This document shows, piece by piece, positions 27,213-35,359 of a DNA stretch of 39,779 nt (position 1 is the stretch's first letter; each line of letters opens with the position of its first letter). The notes below the pieces were generated by a model that was not told the origin of the DNA, did not search any database, and saw nothing but the letters and a program-made list of their open reading frames with translations. The position numbers and the translations under genes are program-made. Origin of the DNA: a virus (taxonomy: Duplodnaviria > Caudoviricetes); the IMG/VR virus record IMGVR_UViG_3300028588_000045, positions 1-39,779 of that record. One strand, given 5' to 3'.

Positions 27213-27415
27213 CCCGCCCCCCGCCAATCCGCCAATACGGCAGCAAGCCCATGACGCAAAAGCAGGGGCGGTTGCAGTTTCAGATGCTGGTGATGAACTG
27301 CACCGACGACGCGCTGGAACGGCTCAACCCCGATACATGCGCTGCGTCGTATGCGGGGGTGTCGCGGGATGAGGCCAACCGCGCGCTGTTGGCTGAGAAG
27401 TTGAGGAGGTCGTGA
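27209..27415 (+). CDS. Hypothetical protein
   Basis: ATGA coupling; 68 aa. Confidence 0.6.
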   Translation: MTRPPPIRQYGSKPMTQKQGRLQFQMLVMNCTDDALERLNPDTCAASYAGVSRDEANRALLAEKLRRS

Positions 27416-27630
27416 TGCGGGATCAATTTATTGGCTGGATTGCCGACCGTTTCCAAAAGCGTCATGCCACACCCCTGCCACGCGAAGAAGCGGTAGAAAT
27501 AGGCCGCAACTGCTTAGAAGCATTCGAGGACATCGAAGTGTCGTTCGGCACTGACGGTTTCGATTGGGGCGAGGACGGTGCGCACTGCCTCGCCGATGAG
27601 GAAATCCACGCCGGATGGGAGTGCCTGTGA
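27412..27630 (+). CDS. Hypothetical protein
   Basis: GAGGAGG RBS; 72 aa. Confidence 0.65.
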   Translation: MMRDQFIGWIADRFQKRHATPLPREEAVEIGRNCLEAFEDIEVSFGTDGFDWGEDGAHCLADEEIHAGWECL

Positions 27631-27821
27631 TGTGGTTTATGATATTCTGTGCTTGGGCGGCGAAGTCGGGTGGGTGCATCACACCTGTCCAGCTTCCCAG
27701 CAAAGCGGCATGCCAGTTCGCTCTAAAGCATCAGATCGATGTCGCCCGAGATCGGGATCGTGAATGGGGCACTGAAGGGTCAATGGTTATCAGCGGTCGC
27801 TGCATTTCGGTGCGACCGTGA
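27630..27821 (+). CDS. Small Cys-containing protein
   Basis: MWFMIFC...SKAACQ...RCI; coupled. Confidence 0.55.
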   Translation: MWFMIFCAWAAKSGGCITPVQLPSKAACQFALKHQIDVARDRDREWGTEGSMVISGRCISVRP

Positions 27822-28267
27822 CAGCCTTTGACGACATGGACGCGCTGGACAGTGAACTAAACCCAACAGCGCGTTTCCCAGTCGAACCACCAGACGGTCG
27901 CAAGGACTGGAAGGAAATCGACCGGCAAGCCACGCTGCGGACGTTGGTGCGGACTGGTGGGCCTTCGATCCTGATGTACGCCAACGCCAACGCAGGGAAG
28001 CGAAATCCAGCCCTAGCCAAAAAGGAGGGGCTAATGGGCGGCGTGTTCGACCTGACCGCGTGGTGGAACCGTGGCGTGTGTTGTCCGGAAATGAAGGGCT
28101 ACGACAAGAACGGACGCCCCGGTAAGCTGTCAAAGTCGCAGATCGAGTGGGGCAACAGGATGCATGACATGGGGTGGCCGGTTGCGTGCTTCTTTGATCC
28201 CTACAACGCCTACGATTGGATGATGTCTGTCGGCGCGCCTTTGCGCCAGTTTACAAGGAGAAGCTAA
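27818..28267 (+). CDS. VRR-NUC-like PD-(D/E)xK nuclease
   Basis: NAGKR...KKEGLMGGVFDL...EMKG...GKLSKSQIEW. Confidence 0.85.
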   Translation: MTAFDDMDALDSELNPTARFPVEPPDGRKDWKEIDRQATLRTLVRTGGPSILMYANANAGKRNPALAKKEGLMGGVFDLTAWWNRGVCCPEMKGYDKNGRPGKLSKSQIEWGNRMHDMGWPVACFFDPYNAYDWMMSVGAPLRQFTRRS

Positions 28268-28268
28268 T

Positions 28269-28526
28269 ATGTCTAACGTTGCTAATATTGCCGCCGATGA
28301 ACTGCGGTTGCTGATCGAGCGGGCCGAGAGGCTGGAAGAGGAGAAGAAGGGGCTGGCGGATGATATTGCTGACGTGATGAAGGAGGCCCACGGTCGCGGC
28401 TATGACAAAAAGGTCATCCGCAAAATTCTCGCTATTCGCAAGCGGCGCAAGGAAGAGGTGCAGGAAGAAAACGCTATCCTCGAAACCTACATGGCGGCGT
28501 TGGGGATGCAGTACGCGCTGCTGTAG
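28269..28526 (+). CDS. gapR: GapR-like (DUF2312/UPF0335) DNA-binding protein
   Basis: AADELRLLIERAERLEEEKKGLADDI.DV..EA..RGYD.K..RKI...RK...EENAILETY.AALG. Confidence 0.92.
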   Translation: MSNVANIAADELRLLIERAERLEEEKKGLADDIADVMKEAHGRGYDKKVIRKILAIRKRRKEEVQEENAILETYMAALGMQYALL

Positions 28527-28553
28527 ACGCGGCACGTAATCGCTGATATGATT

Positions 28554-28592
28554 AAGCCCTGCTGCGGCGCTAACCGCTAGCAGGGCTTTTTC
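28554..28592 (+). terminator. Rho-independent terminator, preceded by TAGACG-17-TATGAT promoter (28524-28552)
   Basis: AAGCCCTGCT-GCGG...CCGC-T-AGCAGGGCTT followed by a T run. Confidence 0.75.
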
Positions 28593-28614
28593 ATCGCCTT
28601 TAGGGAGGCAACGA

Positions 28615-29244
28615 GTGACAAATACCGCGCAGGTCGGCGCATTGCAAGCCGCCGTTCCACATCACTACATCGACAACGCGGAACTGCCTAAATGGGGCAA
28701 GGCGTCCGATGGTTCCAACGTCAAGTTGGTCGAAGATGTCCAGTTGCAAACGGATTTCACGGCGTGGCTGTCGGAAGCCTGCCAGCACAAAACGCAGTTT
28801 ACCGGCAAGACGGTTAATAGCATCGGTGCTGATGTCTACAAGCGATACTGCAAAGAATGCGGCATCGCCACGACGCAGCATCTTGGGCACCGCACCATTG
28901 CAAACACTACGGTCACACTAATCGACAGCACCAAGCGCGAAAAGCTGGTGGACAAATATGTGCGTCATCGTCGCGAGGGGTTAGACGACCTCGTCGGGCG
29001 CTGTGCCGATCGTACCCAGCCTTCGCGGCGTGCGAATTACGCAGAATATCTCAACAGCCCGGAGTGGAAGGCGTTGCGCTCCTCAGTCATGGAACGATGC
29101 GAGGGGATTTGTGAGGGGTGTAGGCAAAAGACCGCAGAAGACGTACACCACCTGACCTATCAGCATATCGGCAGGGAGTTTCTATTTGAACTCGTCGGGC
29201 TTTGCCGAAGCTGCCACACCCGCTGGCATGAGGATCAGGCATGA
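28615..29244 (+). CDS. Zn-binding HNH endonuclease
   Basis: YAEYLNSPEWKALR...CEGC...VHHLTY...LCRSCH; GGGAGG RBS. Confidence 0.8.
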   Translation: MTNTAQVGALQAAVPHHYIDNAELPKWGKASDGSNVKLVEDVQLQTDFTAWLSEACQHKTQFTGKTVNSIGADVYKRYCKECGIATTQHLGHRTIANTTVTLIDSTKREKLVDKYVRHRREGLDDLVGRCADRTQPSRRANYAEYLNSPEWKALRSSVMERCEGICEGCRQKTAEDVHHLTYQHIGREFLFELVGLCRSCHTRWHEDQA

Positions 29245-31262
29245 GCGTCGCACCAATGATAGACCCGGTTCTATCCGCAGTTCGCTCCCATCTCGACAAG
29301 CTATTCGTCCCGGTCGAGGCATTCTATCCGCAGGGCCTTATTGAGCTGCGTTATGGCCCCCCCGACGACCTGACACACTGGCATTATTTCAGCGTTGATG
29401 AGCAAGGCAGGGCGGCGGCATCGCAATTCGCGTGCGTGCAAAACTCACGCGGGCAAAACGTTTACGTTGGCGTAAATCCTCGCCGTGGCCCCGAAATCCC
29501 GAACCATGCCGGCGTGTCGGGTGACATCGAATTATCTCTATGGCATTTCGCTGACATCGATCGTGCTGAAGCTGCCGGCAAGCTAAACGACCGCGTTAAG
29601 GATGCCGCGCCCCACATGGTCGTCATGACCGGTACGGTGCCTAACAATCGCCCTCATCTATACTGGCAGTTAGACGAGCCGGAGATGGACATGGACGCTT
29701 GGCGCAATCGCCAGCGGACAATCGCCAACGCGCTCGACGGCGATATGGTCATTGACCCGCCTCGTATCATGCGTCTGGGTGGCACGGTCAATTATCCGAC
29801 GCAAGCCAAGCTAGGACGCGGCTATCGCGTCGAAGTGACGGATGTACGCACCCGCTGGCAGACGGATCGCCCACCCGCCGATTCGACACGTCTGATTGCG
29901 TCTTTCCCGATAGTGCCGGTTTCAGACAGGGGTGCGACCGGCGCGGAAGGCTCGGATTTTGGACCAGGAAAAACTGGTCGGCTAATCAAGGCTGCGCTGG
30001 CCGACCAGAATTGGCACAACACCGTCCGCAATCTTGTGGCTAGGCTGGCCCGAATGGGCAGGACCGACGCGGAAATCCTGCTGATGGCGGCTGGTCTTAC
30101 TCGGTCCGGCTTCACGGTGGCAGACACCGTGGAAGACATGCGCGAATACCTGCGAAGCGCGCGGGTCAAGTTTGGGATCGCGGTTCCTAGTGATGAAGAG
30201 GAGCCGGAAGCAGAAACCGATACGGATGGCATCTTCGAATTGCTGGATATGGACCAGCTTGAGGCTTTGCCGCCACCGACTTGGCTAATCCACGAACTTA
30301 TCGCGGATCATGGCCTGAGCATCATATACGGCGCACCCGGCGGCGGCAAAACTTTCGTGGCCTTGGACATGGCGCTTCGGGTCGCACACGGCTTAGACTG
30401 GCACGGTGTCAAAACCAATCAGGCCGGTGTCATCTATATGGCCGGGGAAGGCGCTAGAGGCATCGGCAAGCGCATTAAGGGCTGGCGGCGGGAGCACGCC
30501 CTAGAAGGCGTCGAAGCACCCTTCCTAGCGCTTCCTGTGCCGGTTCAGTTGCTAGACGCCGACGATAGGCGCAAGCTGCTGCGTACCGTCGAAGCGGCCA
30601 TTGCTCGCATGCGGTTTCCGGTTGGCCTGGTAATCATTGATACGGTCAGCCGCTCGTTAGCCGGTCAGGATGAAAATGGGCAGGAGGCAATGACGCTTTT
30701 CGTCAACGCCTGTAACGCTGTCCAGAACTTCACCGGCGGGGCGGTCTTGGGCGTGCACCATAGCGGCAAGGATACCAGCCGGGGCATGCGGGGCAGTACG
30801 GTTCTGCTTGGTGGCTGCGATGCCTCTATCCGCCTGACCAAAGAGGAAGATGGCCGCGTTTCTATCGAAGTCGAAAAGCAGAAGGACGCTGAGCAGGGCG
30901 AGCCGGTTTTGATGACTCTGAAGAAGGTCACATGGGGGCCTGAGGACGACGAAATCTCAACGCTTGTTCCATTCAAATCGGATGCGCCTGCGGCAATGAG
31001 CCGGCAACTCTCAATGGCCGAGGTGCGCGCGATCTTCGAAGCGATCGCCACTGCGTGGAATGAGAAGCGCCCTTGGTCCACGGCCACTCAGTCCAAGCGA
31101 AGCGGTCGCTATTTGCCGTCCTATCTCGCCGGCAAGTATGGCCTGACTGAGCAATCCGCGCTGGATTATGCAGTCAAGTGGCAGGAGGAAGGCGCGCTGC
31201 AAACCGCCATGTGTGATGAGAAGCACAAGGTGAAAGGTCTAGAGGTTTTGCGCACTATATAA
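29241..31262 (+). CDS. Primase (RepB-type)-AAA helicase replication protein
   Basis: VYVGVNPR, FADID, HLYWQL, RIMRLGGT primase motifs; Walker A GAPGGGKT, VIIDT, HHSGKD, RGST. Confidence 0.9.
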   Translation: MSVAPMIDPVLSAVRSHLDKLFVPVEAFYPQGLIELRYGPPDDLTHWHYFSVDEQGRAAASQFACVQNSRGQNVYVGVNPRRGPEIPNHAGVSGDIELSLWHFADIDRAEAAGKLNDRVKDAAPHMVVMTGTVPNNRPHLYWQLDEPEMDMDAWRNRQRTIANALDGDMVIDPPRIMRLGGTVNYPTQAKLGRGYRVEVTDVRTRWQTDRPPADSTRLIASFPIVPVSDRGATGAEGSDFGPGKTGRLIKAALADQNWHNTVRNLVARLARMGRTDAEILLMAAGLTRSGFTVADTVEDMREYLRSARVKFGIAVPSDEEEPEAETDTDGIFELLDMDQLEALPPPTWLIHELIADHGLSIIYGAPGGGKTFVALDMALRVAHGLDWHGVKTNQAGVIYMAGEGARGIGKRIKGWRREHALEGVEAPFLALPVPVQLLDADDRRKLLRTVEAAIARMRFPVGLVIIDTVSRSLAGQDENGQEAMTLFVNACNAVQNFTGGAVLGVHHSGKDTSRGMRGSTVLLGGCDASIRLTKEEDGRVSIEVEKQKDAEQGEPVLMTLKKVTWGPEDDEISTLVPFKSDAPAAMSRQLSMAEVRAIFEAIATAWNEKRPWSTATQSKRSGRYLPSYLAGKYGLTEQSALDYAVKWQEEGALQTAMCDEKHKVKGLEVLRTI

Positions 31263-31271
31263 TTAGATAAC

Positions 31272-31412
31272 GTCGGAAGCATTCCTTCCGCAATATTATA
31301 ACAACTCGCAAGGGAGTCGGAAGCATGTCGGAAGGGTGTCGGAAAGGTTCGTTTAAAAGAAAGAACCAAAGAAAAGCGCGTGCGCGCGCCCGCATGTGCG
31401 GACGCGCACGCG
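31272..31412. other. Putative replication origin (iterons, AT-rich tracts, GC hairpin)
   Basis: GTCGGAA at 31272, 31316, 31327 and 31338; AT tracts; CGCGTGCG...CGCACGCG stem. Confidence 0.55.
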
Positions 31413-31452
31413 TAGCATAGACCATGCCAGTTTCATCAAGAGGAGAAGAAAA

Positions 31453-31920
31453 ATGAGCGGTTCAATCAACAAGGTTATCCTGATCGGCAACCTAGGGCGT
31501 GATCCCGAAAGCCGATCGTTCAGCAACGGCGGCAAGGTGGTGGAACTCCGTATCGCTACGTCCGAAAGCTGGAAGGACAAAAACAGCGGCGAGCGGAAGG
31601 AGAAGACCGAATGGCACACGGTTAAGGTTTTCAACGAGGGGCTGGCGACCATCGCGGAGAAGTACCTGCGCAAAGGATCGAAGGTCTACATCGAAGGCGC
31701 GCTTGCCACTAGGAAATGGCAGGACACCAGCGGCGCAGATCGGTATTCTACCGAGATTACGCTACAGGGGTTCAACAGCGTCCTGACGATGCTGGATGGT
31801 GCGAGCGGGGGCGGTGGGTCGTCGGCTGATCGCGACCCGCCTAAGGTGCGGGTGCAGAAGCCGGTTGCACCGAATAATTCGTTTATCGATGATACGCTCG
31901 ATGATTCAATCCCGTTTTAG
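31453..31920 (+). CDS. ssb: Single-stranded DNA-binding protein
   Basis: [15 protein letters not shown]...KTEWH...[12 protein letters not shown]; C-terminal DDSIPF; AGGAG RBS. Confidence 0.97.
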   Translation: MSGSINKVILIGNLGRDPESRSFSNGGKVVELRIATSESWKDKNSGERKEKTEWHTVKVFNEGLATIAEKYLRKGSKVYIEGALATRKWQDTSGADRYSTEITLQGFNSVLTMLDGASGGGGSSADRDPPKVRVQKPVAPNNSFIDDTLDDSIPF

Positions 31921-31954
31921 TTGACGTTCACGTCGTATGTGTTAAACGTACACC

Positions 31955-32458
31955 ATGGAAAAATGGAAATTGATCCCTTCGCTACCCTCCCATCTCGCTT
32001 CTAGCGATGGGAGGGTAATGGCATTACCCACAACGAAGCCAATGCCAAGTGGTGGTGTTCGCCATTACGGTGGAGAACCTAGCCGGGGCGTTTTGAGCGA
32101 GGGACGATATGGATTCGCTTACAACGGAAAGAACTATCGCGTTCACCGGCTGATATGCGAGGCATTCAATGGACCTGCTCCGCATGACGACGCGGTTGTG
32201 ATGCACATTGACGAGAACGCGACCAACAATCGCGCCGATAATCTTCAGTGGGGCACCCAAGCCGAGAATATGCGCGCGCCGGGTTTTCTGGCTTATTGTC
32301 GACGGCGCGGGAAAGCGGCACCGAAGATCAATGACGATCAAGCCAGAGAGATAAAATACGGTGGCGGTAGCTGCGCGGCTGCTGCTCGTAAATTTGGTAT
32401 ATCACCAGCTACTGTCAGCAACATTAGGTGTGGGCGATCATGGAAGCACTTGGTTTGA
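31955..32458 (+). CDS. NUMOD4-HNH homing endonuclease
   Basis: EKWKLIP...ASSDGRV; VHRLICEAFNGP...MHIDENATNNRADNLQWGT; own TTGACG at 31921. Confidence 0.9.
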   Translation: MEKWKLIPSLPSHLASSDGRVMALPTTKPMPSGGVRHYGGEPSRGVLSEGRYGFAYNGKNYRVHRLICEAFNGPAPHDDAVVMHIDENATNNRADNLQWGTQAENMRAPGFLAYCRRRGKAAPKINDDQAREIKYGGGSCAAAARKFGISPATVSNIRCGRSWKHLV

Positions 32459-32595
32459 CAAGCTACCTAATCGCCATGATGCGCGCCCCGGTCGATAAGC
32501 TGGCCGGGGCGGATGTTTCTAAACTCGCGGGTAAGTACGGCATCGGGGAGGATGTCGCGCGGTGGTATCTTGCTATGTGGCTGCGGCGATCATGA
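32455..32595 (+). CDS. 46-aa hypothetical protein (not in ORF track)
   Basis: TTG overlapping the HNH stop; MTSYLIAMMRAPVDKLAGADVSKLAGKYGI... Confidence 0.45.
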   Translation: MTSYLIAMMRAPVDKLAGADVSKLAGKYGIGEDVARWYLAMWLRRS

Positions 32596-32650
32596 CCGAC
32601 CGACAAGGCAAGGGCCGGGGTGGGGAGGGTGATTTATTTTTAGGTGGCGC

Positions 32651-32701
32651 TTGACGGGCGGAGGATCAAGCGCCATAAGGGGGTCAACAAGGAGAACGAC
32701 G
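32651..32701 (+). promoter_or_regulatory. Promoter/leader cassette 1
   Basis: TTGACG(32651)-17-CATAAG, then GGGGTCAACAA-GGAGAA. Confidence 0.6.
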
Positions 32702-32833
32702 ATGACCTACCAGATCGAAACCAGCGAAGACCTCGACACCCTGATCCTCGACAACAAGGCGCGGTTCACGCTGGAAGAGGCAATCGCTCGCCGCGACGCT
32801 CGCAACGCTCTGTTTGATGTAGGTGATCTGTGA
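32702..32833 (+). CDS. 43-aa hypothetical protein
   Basis: AAGGAG RBS; biased codons. Confidence 0.65.
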   Translation: MTYQIETSEDLDTLILDNKARFTLEEAIARRDARNALFDVGDL

Positions 32834-33012
32834 ACGGCGCTGTTCTTGCCGCCGAGTACTCCAAGGGGCCAAAAAATGGCCCTAAGGCATGGCTTACTTT
32901 CAACGTCATTGCAGGCGGGGAGCGTAGTTTCGTTGAAGAAATTGGCGTTTCCGGCAAACTAGAAGCCCGCCGCATCGCGGCAAAGCGTAACGCCATTGCG
33001 TGGAATTTCTAA
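32830..33012 (+). CDS. Hypothetical protein
   Basis: 60 aa, GTGA coupling, ends WNF. Confidence 0.65.
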   Translation: MNGAVLAAEYSKGPKNGPKAWLTFNVIAGGERSFVEEIGVSGKLEARRIAAKRNAIAWNF

Positions 33013-33170
33013 TGGTGAATGTCTTGGCCTTCCCCTGCACCCACCCCCGCACCCCCGAAAACACCAAGTCGAACAACGGGCGTCCAGGGGGGAGGTGCCG
33101 GATATGCCAGCGGGAACATGAGCGGGTGGCGCAGGCTAAGCGGAGGGCGGAGGGTCGTGTTGGTAGATAG
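33012..33170 (+). CDS. 52-aa Zn-ribbon peptide (not in ORF track)
   Basis: TAATG coupling; FPCTHPRTPENT...RCRIC motif, like HNH-associated Zn ribbons. Confidence 0.6.
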   Translation: MVNVLAFPCTHPRTPENTKSNNGRPGGRCRICQREHERVAQAKRRAEGRVGR

Positions 33171-33286
33171 GGCTGGCAAAGGCCGCGACTGTCGCGACGG
33201 TGCGTGGCTATGGTGGGGGCATCAGGTCACAGCACCGTGGCGGAGGAGGAGGGAGGCGGGGGCTGAAAATAAATGCCGTAACCGGG

Positions 33287-33340
33287 TTGACGCGCAGTTA
33301 CGGCACGAGTAGAAGGGGTTCAACAAGACGGAGAAGCACC
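33287..33340 (+). promoter_or_regulatory. Promoter/leader cassette 2
   Basis: TTGACG-17-TAGAAG, then GGGTTCAACAA-GAC-GGAGAA; parallels cassette 1. Confidence 0.6.
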
Positions 33341-33502
33341 ATGACAGAGCCACAAAAGAATTTGATCAACCTTGCCAAAGCCAACGGCGGTTCGGTCACA
33401 ACGGTTTCTTCCGGGCAAAAAGTTGCAGCGCGGAAATTGTTGAAATTAGGTGTGTTCCGGCTTTCTGGTATTAATGAATATTCCCTTGTTGGTATCGCCT
33501 AG
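33341..33502 (+). CDS. 53-aa hypothetical protein
   Basis: GGAG RBS; MTEPQKNLINLA... Confidence 0.6.
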   Translation: MTEPQKNLINLAKANGGSVTTVSSGQKVAARKLLKLGVFRLSGINEYSLVGIA

Positions 33503-33503
33503 T

Positions 33504-33686
33504 ATGCCCCTAACCAACGCAGAAAAACAGGCACGGCATCGCCAGCGGCAACGCGCCAAGATGGAGCGGATGGAGGGGGCGTTGCGGGAGATCGCCGCAA
33601 TGCAGCCTTACAGCGACCCGGCTGATGCTGCTCCAATTGCCCTTGCGGCTCTTGGGCAGTTTCCAACGCTACACATCGAATTGTAA
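33504..33686 (+). CDS. 60-aa basic protein
   Basis: MPLTNAEKQARHRQR motif, common in phage small proteins. Confidence 0.65.
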   Translation: MPLTNAEKQARHRQRQRAKMERMEGALREIAAMQPYSDPADAAPIALAALGQFPTLHIEL

Positions 33687-33750
33687 TTTCATGCCGGGGA
33701 GCGACACCACGCTCGACCCGGCACTGGCCCCAGGAGAAGGTAGGGTTGTG

Positions 33751-34281
33751 ATGACGGATAATACGAAACTGGATTGGACGCAACCGATTGAGGCCGTGCA
33801 TGAGGATGGGCGGGTTGTGGCGTCGTCCATCGTGGAAAACGATGGCGGCAACATGCCTTGGCTTGTTAAACTCAAGGGCGTTAGTTTAGATTTATGGTCG
33901 CTGCCTGATGGGACCACAGGCACAAGCTGGCGCATCCGCAACGTCCCGCCCGCTACGCAGACGCAGACCCTGACCGCGCAGGAGCGGTTGGAGCGGATGG
34001 AGGCGCTGCATGCCAGAATGTTCAAGCTGGTGCAGAACATGGCAAATGATCATTATGATTTGCCTCGTCACACCGCAGACGAAGCCCGCGCGCTCGTTGC
34101 CGGGATGGAGCCGGTGGTGGATGGGGATGTGATCGCCGTCCGCAAGATTATGCACGCCCAGCAGCGCGCCATGACGCCGCCAGACAGCGGCTGGGGCAAC
34201 ATGTCATACCTGAAGGGTAGTTATGACCACACGGAGCCTTTCAAGGCGGCTCTTGCGGCTTATCGGGAGCAACGCCCATGA
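33751..34281 (+). CDS. Hypothetical protein
   Basis: LDWTQPIEAVH.DGR motif; AGGAG/AAGG upstream. Confidence 0.7.
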   Translation: MTDNTKLDWTQPIEAVHEDGRVVASSIVENDGGNMPWLVKLKGVSLDLWSLPDGTTGTSWRIRNVPPATQTQTLTAQERLERMEALHARMFKLVQNMANDHYDLPRHTADEARALVAGMEPVVDGDVIAVRKIMHAQQRAMTPPDSGWGNMSYLKGSYDHTEPFKAALAAYREQRP

Positions 34282-34459
34282 CCGTCCCCGGCGTCTACAG
34301 CCCTGAGCAGGCCGCGAAGGTTCAAGCCCACGTCGAGAAGGTGATCGCCAGCGATGGGGTGGATGACAGTAGGGCGGGAGTTATTAAGCATCGTTGAAAG
34401 GGTAAGGACAATGCGCCCAATATTTAAGTATGCTGCAAAGCTATCAAGGATAAATAGTC

Positions 34460-34924
34460 ATGACTGACTCATGGTGGCAGCAAATGAAAGCCATTGAGAT
34501 TAAGAGGGAGGCTGAAGTCAAAGCCAAGGAAGAGGCATTGGCGCTCAAAGCTACTGAATTCTATGAACGTTGGGCCGATCAAGAATTTGGAAGTGTCATA
34601 GATTTAATTTATGAGGTTCTCGGCGGAGAGAATATGCCTCATCAGAGTGCGGAAGAGATTTTAGCGCGAGAACACGATAGGCTTGCACTGCACACTCATT
34701 CTAAGCGCATTCGGTCCGGTGCTCAAACACCAAGCGAGAAACGAGCAATTTCGGCTATTGCATCGGTAATAACGCTTTCTTTGTTGCCATCTAATTCTGT
34801 TCTCAAGGCTGGCTACGAAGCCATGTTCAATGAAAAATGGGACGGTTCGCAGGCCCCGATGATGGGTGCTTGTTACGAGGCGATGGTAAAAGCACAGGCT
34901 ATCAAGGATGAAAAATGCCCATGA
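34460..34924 (+). CDS. Hypothetical protein (AT-richer insert)
   Basis: 154 aa, AAGGA RBS. Confidence 0.7.
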   Translation: MTDSWWQQMKAIEIKREAEVKAKEEALALKATEFYERWADQEFGSVIDLIYEVLGGENMPHQSAEEILAREHDRLALHTHSKRIRSGAQTPSEKRAISAIASVITLSLLPSNSVLKAGYEAMFNEKWDGSQAPMMGACYEAMVKAQAIKDEKCP

Positions 34925-34974
34925 CCCCCCGCGCCCACTTCATCGCCGGCTTTTTCCGGGGGCTAGGGTATCGC

Positions 34975-35003
34975 TTGTCGGCGCGGGTCGTTCGGGCTAT
35001 ATT
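34975..35003 (+). promoter_or_regulatory. Promoter upstream of terminase genes
   Basis: TTGTCG-17-TATATT; GGTATC half-site at 34967-34972. Confidence 0.55.
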
Positions 35004-35038
35004 CGGTAGGTAAATTCTGTTCTCAACGTTGAGGTGTT

Positions 35039-35359
35039 ATGGCGTTCGTCAAGGGGCAATCGGGTAATCCAGGAGGTAGGCCGAAAGCGGTCATGCCTGA
35101 TGGGCGCACGTTGTCTGAAGCGGCGCGGGAGCATTCACCGCAGGCGCTTGAAGTTCTGGTAAAGGCGCTCAAAGACCCTGTTGCATGCTTTGCGGCAGCG
35201 AAAGAGTTGCTGGACCGTGGGTTCGGTCGCGCGCCGCAGTCCGTTGAGTTAACCGGCGCTGATGGTGATGATATTCGCGTTCAACACTTCTCCGCTGGCA
35301 AGTTGAGCGAGTCCACGTTGCGCGAGATTGCGGCTTTGGATGCAACTGACCCTAGCTGA
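35039..35359 (+). CDS. terS: Terminase small subunit (DUF5681-like N-terminus)
   Basis: FVKGQSGNPGGRPK; LLDRGFG; VELTGADG; overlaps TerL. Confidence 0.85.
   Translation: MAFVKGQSGNPGGRPKAVMPDGRTLSEAAREHSPQALEVLVKALKDPVACFAAAKELLDRGFGRAPQSVELTGADGDDIRVQHFSAGKLSESTLREIAALDATDPS

Noticed and set aside
33692-33723. Hairpin TGCCGGG-GAGCG...CGCTC-GA-CCCGGCA before the 33751 gene
   Set aside because: No U-tract and no second copy seen; cannot assign a function.
34278-34397. 39-aa ORF with PGVYSPEQ, reminiscent of old yellow enzyme sequences
   Set aside because: Match too short to be meaningful; the ORF is possible but weakly supported.
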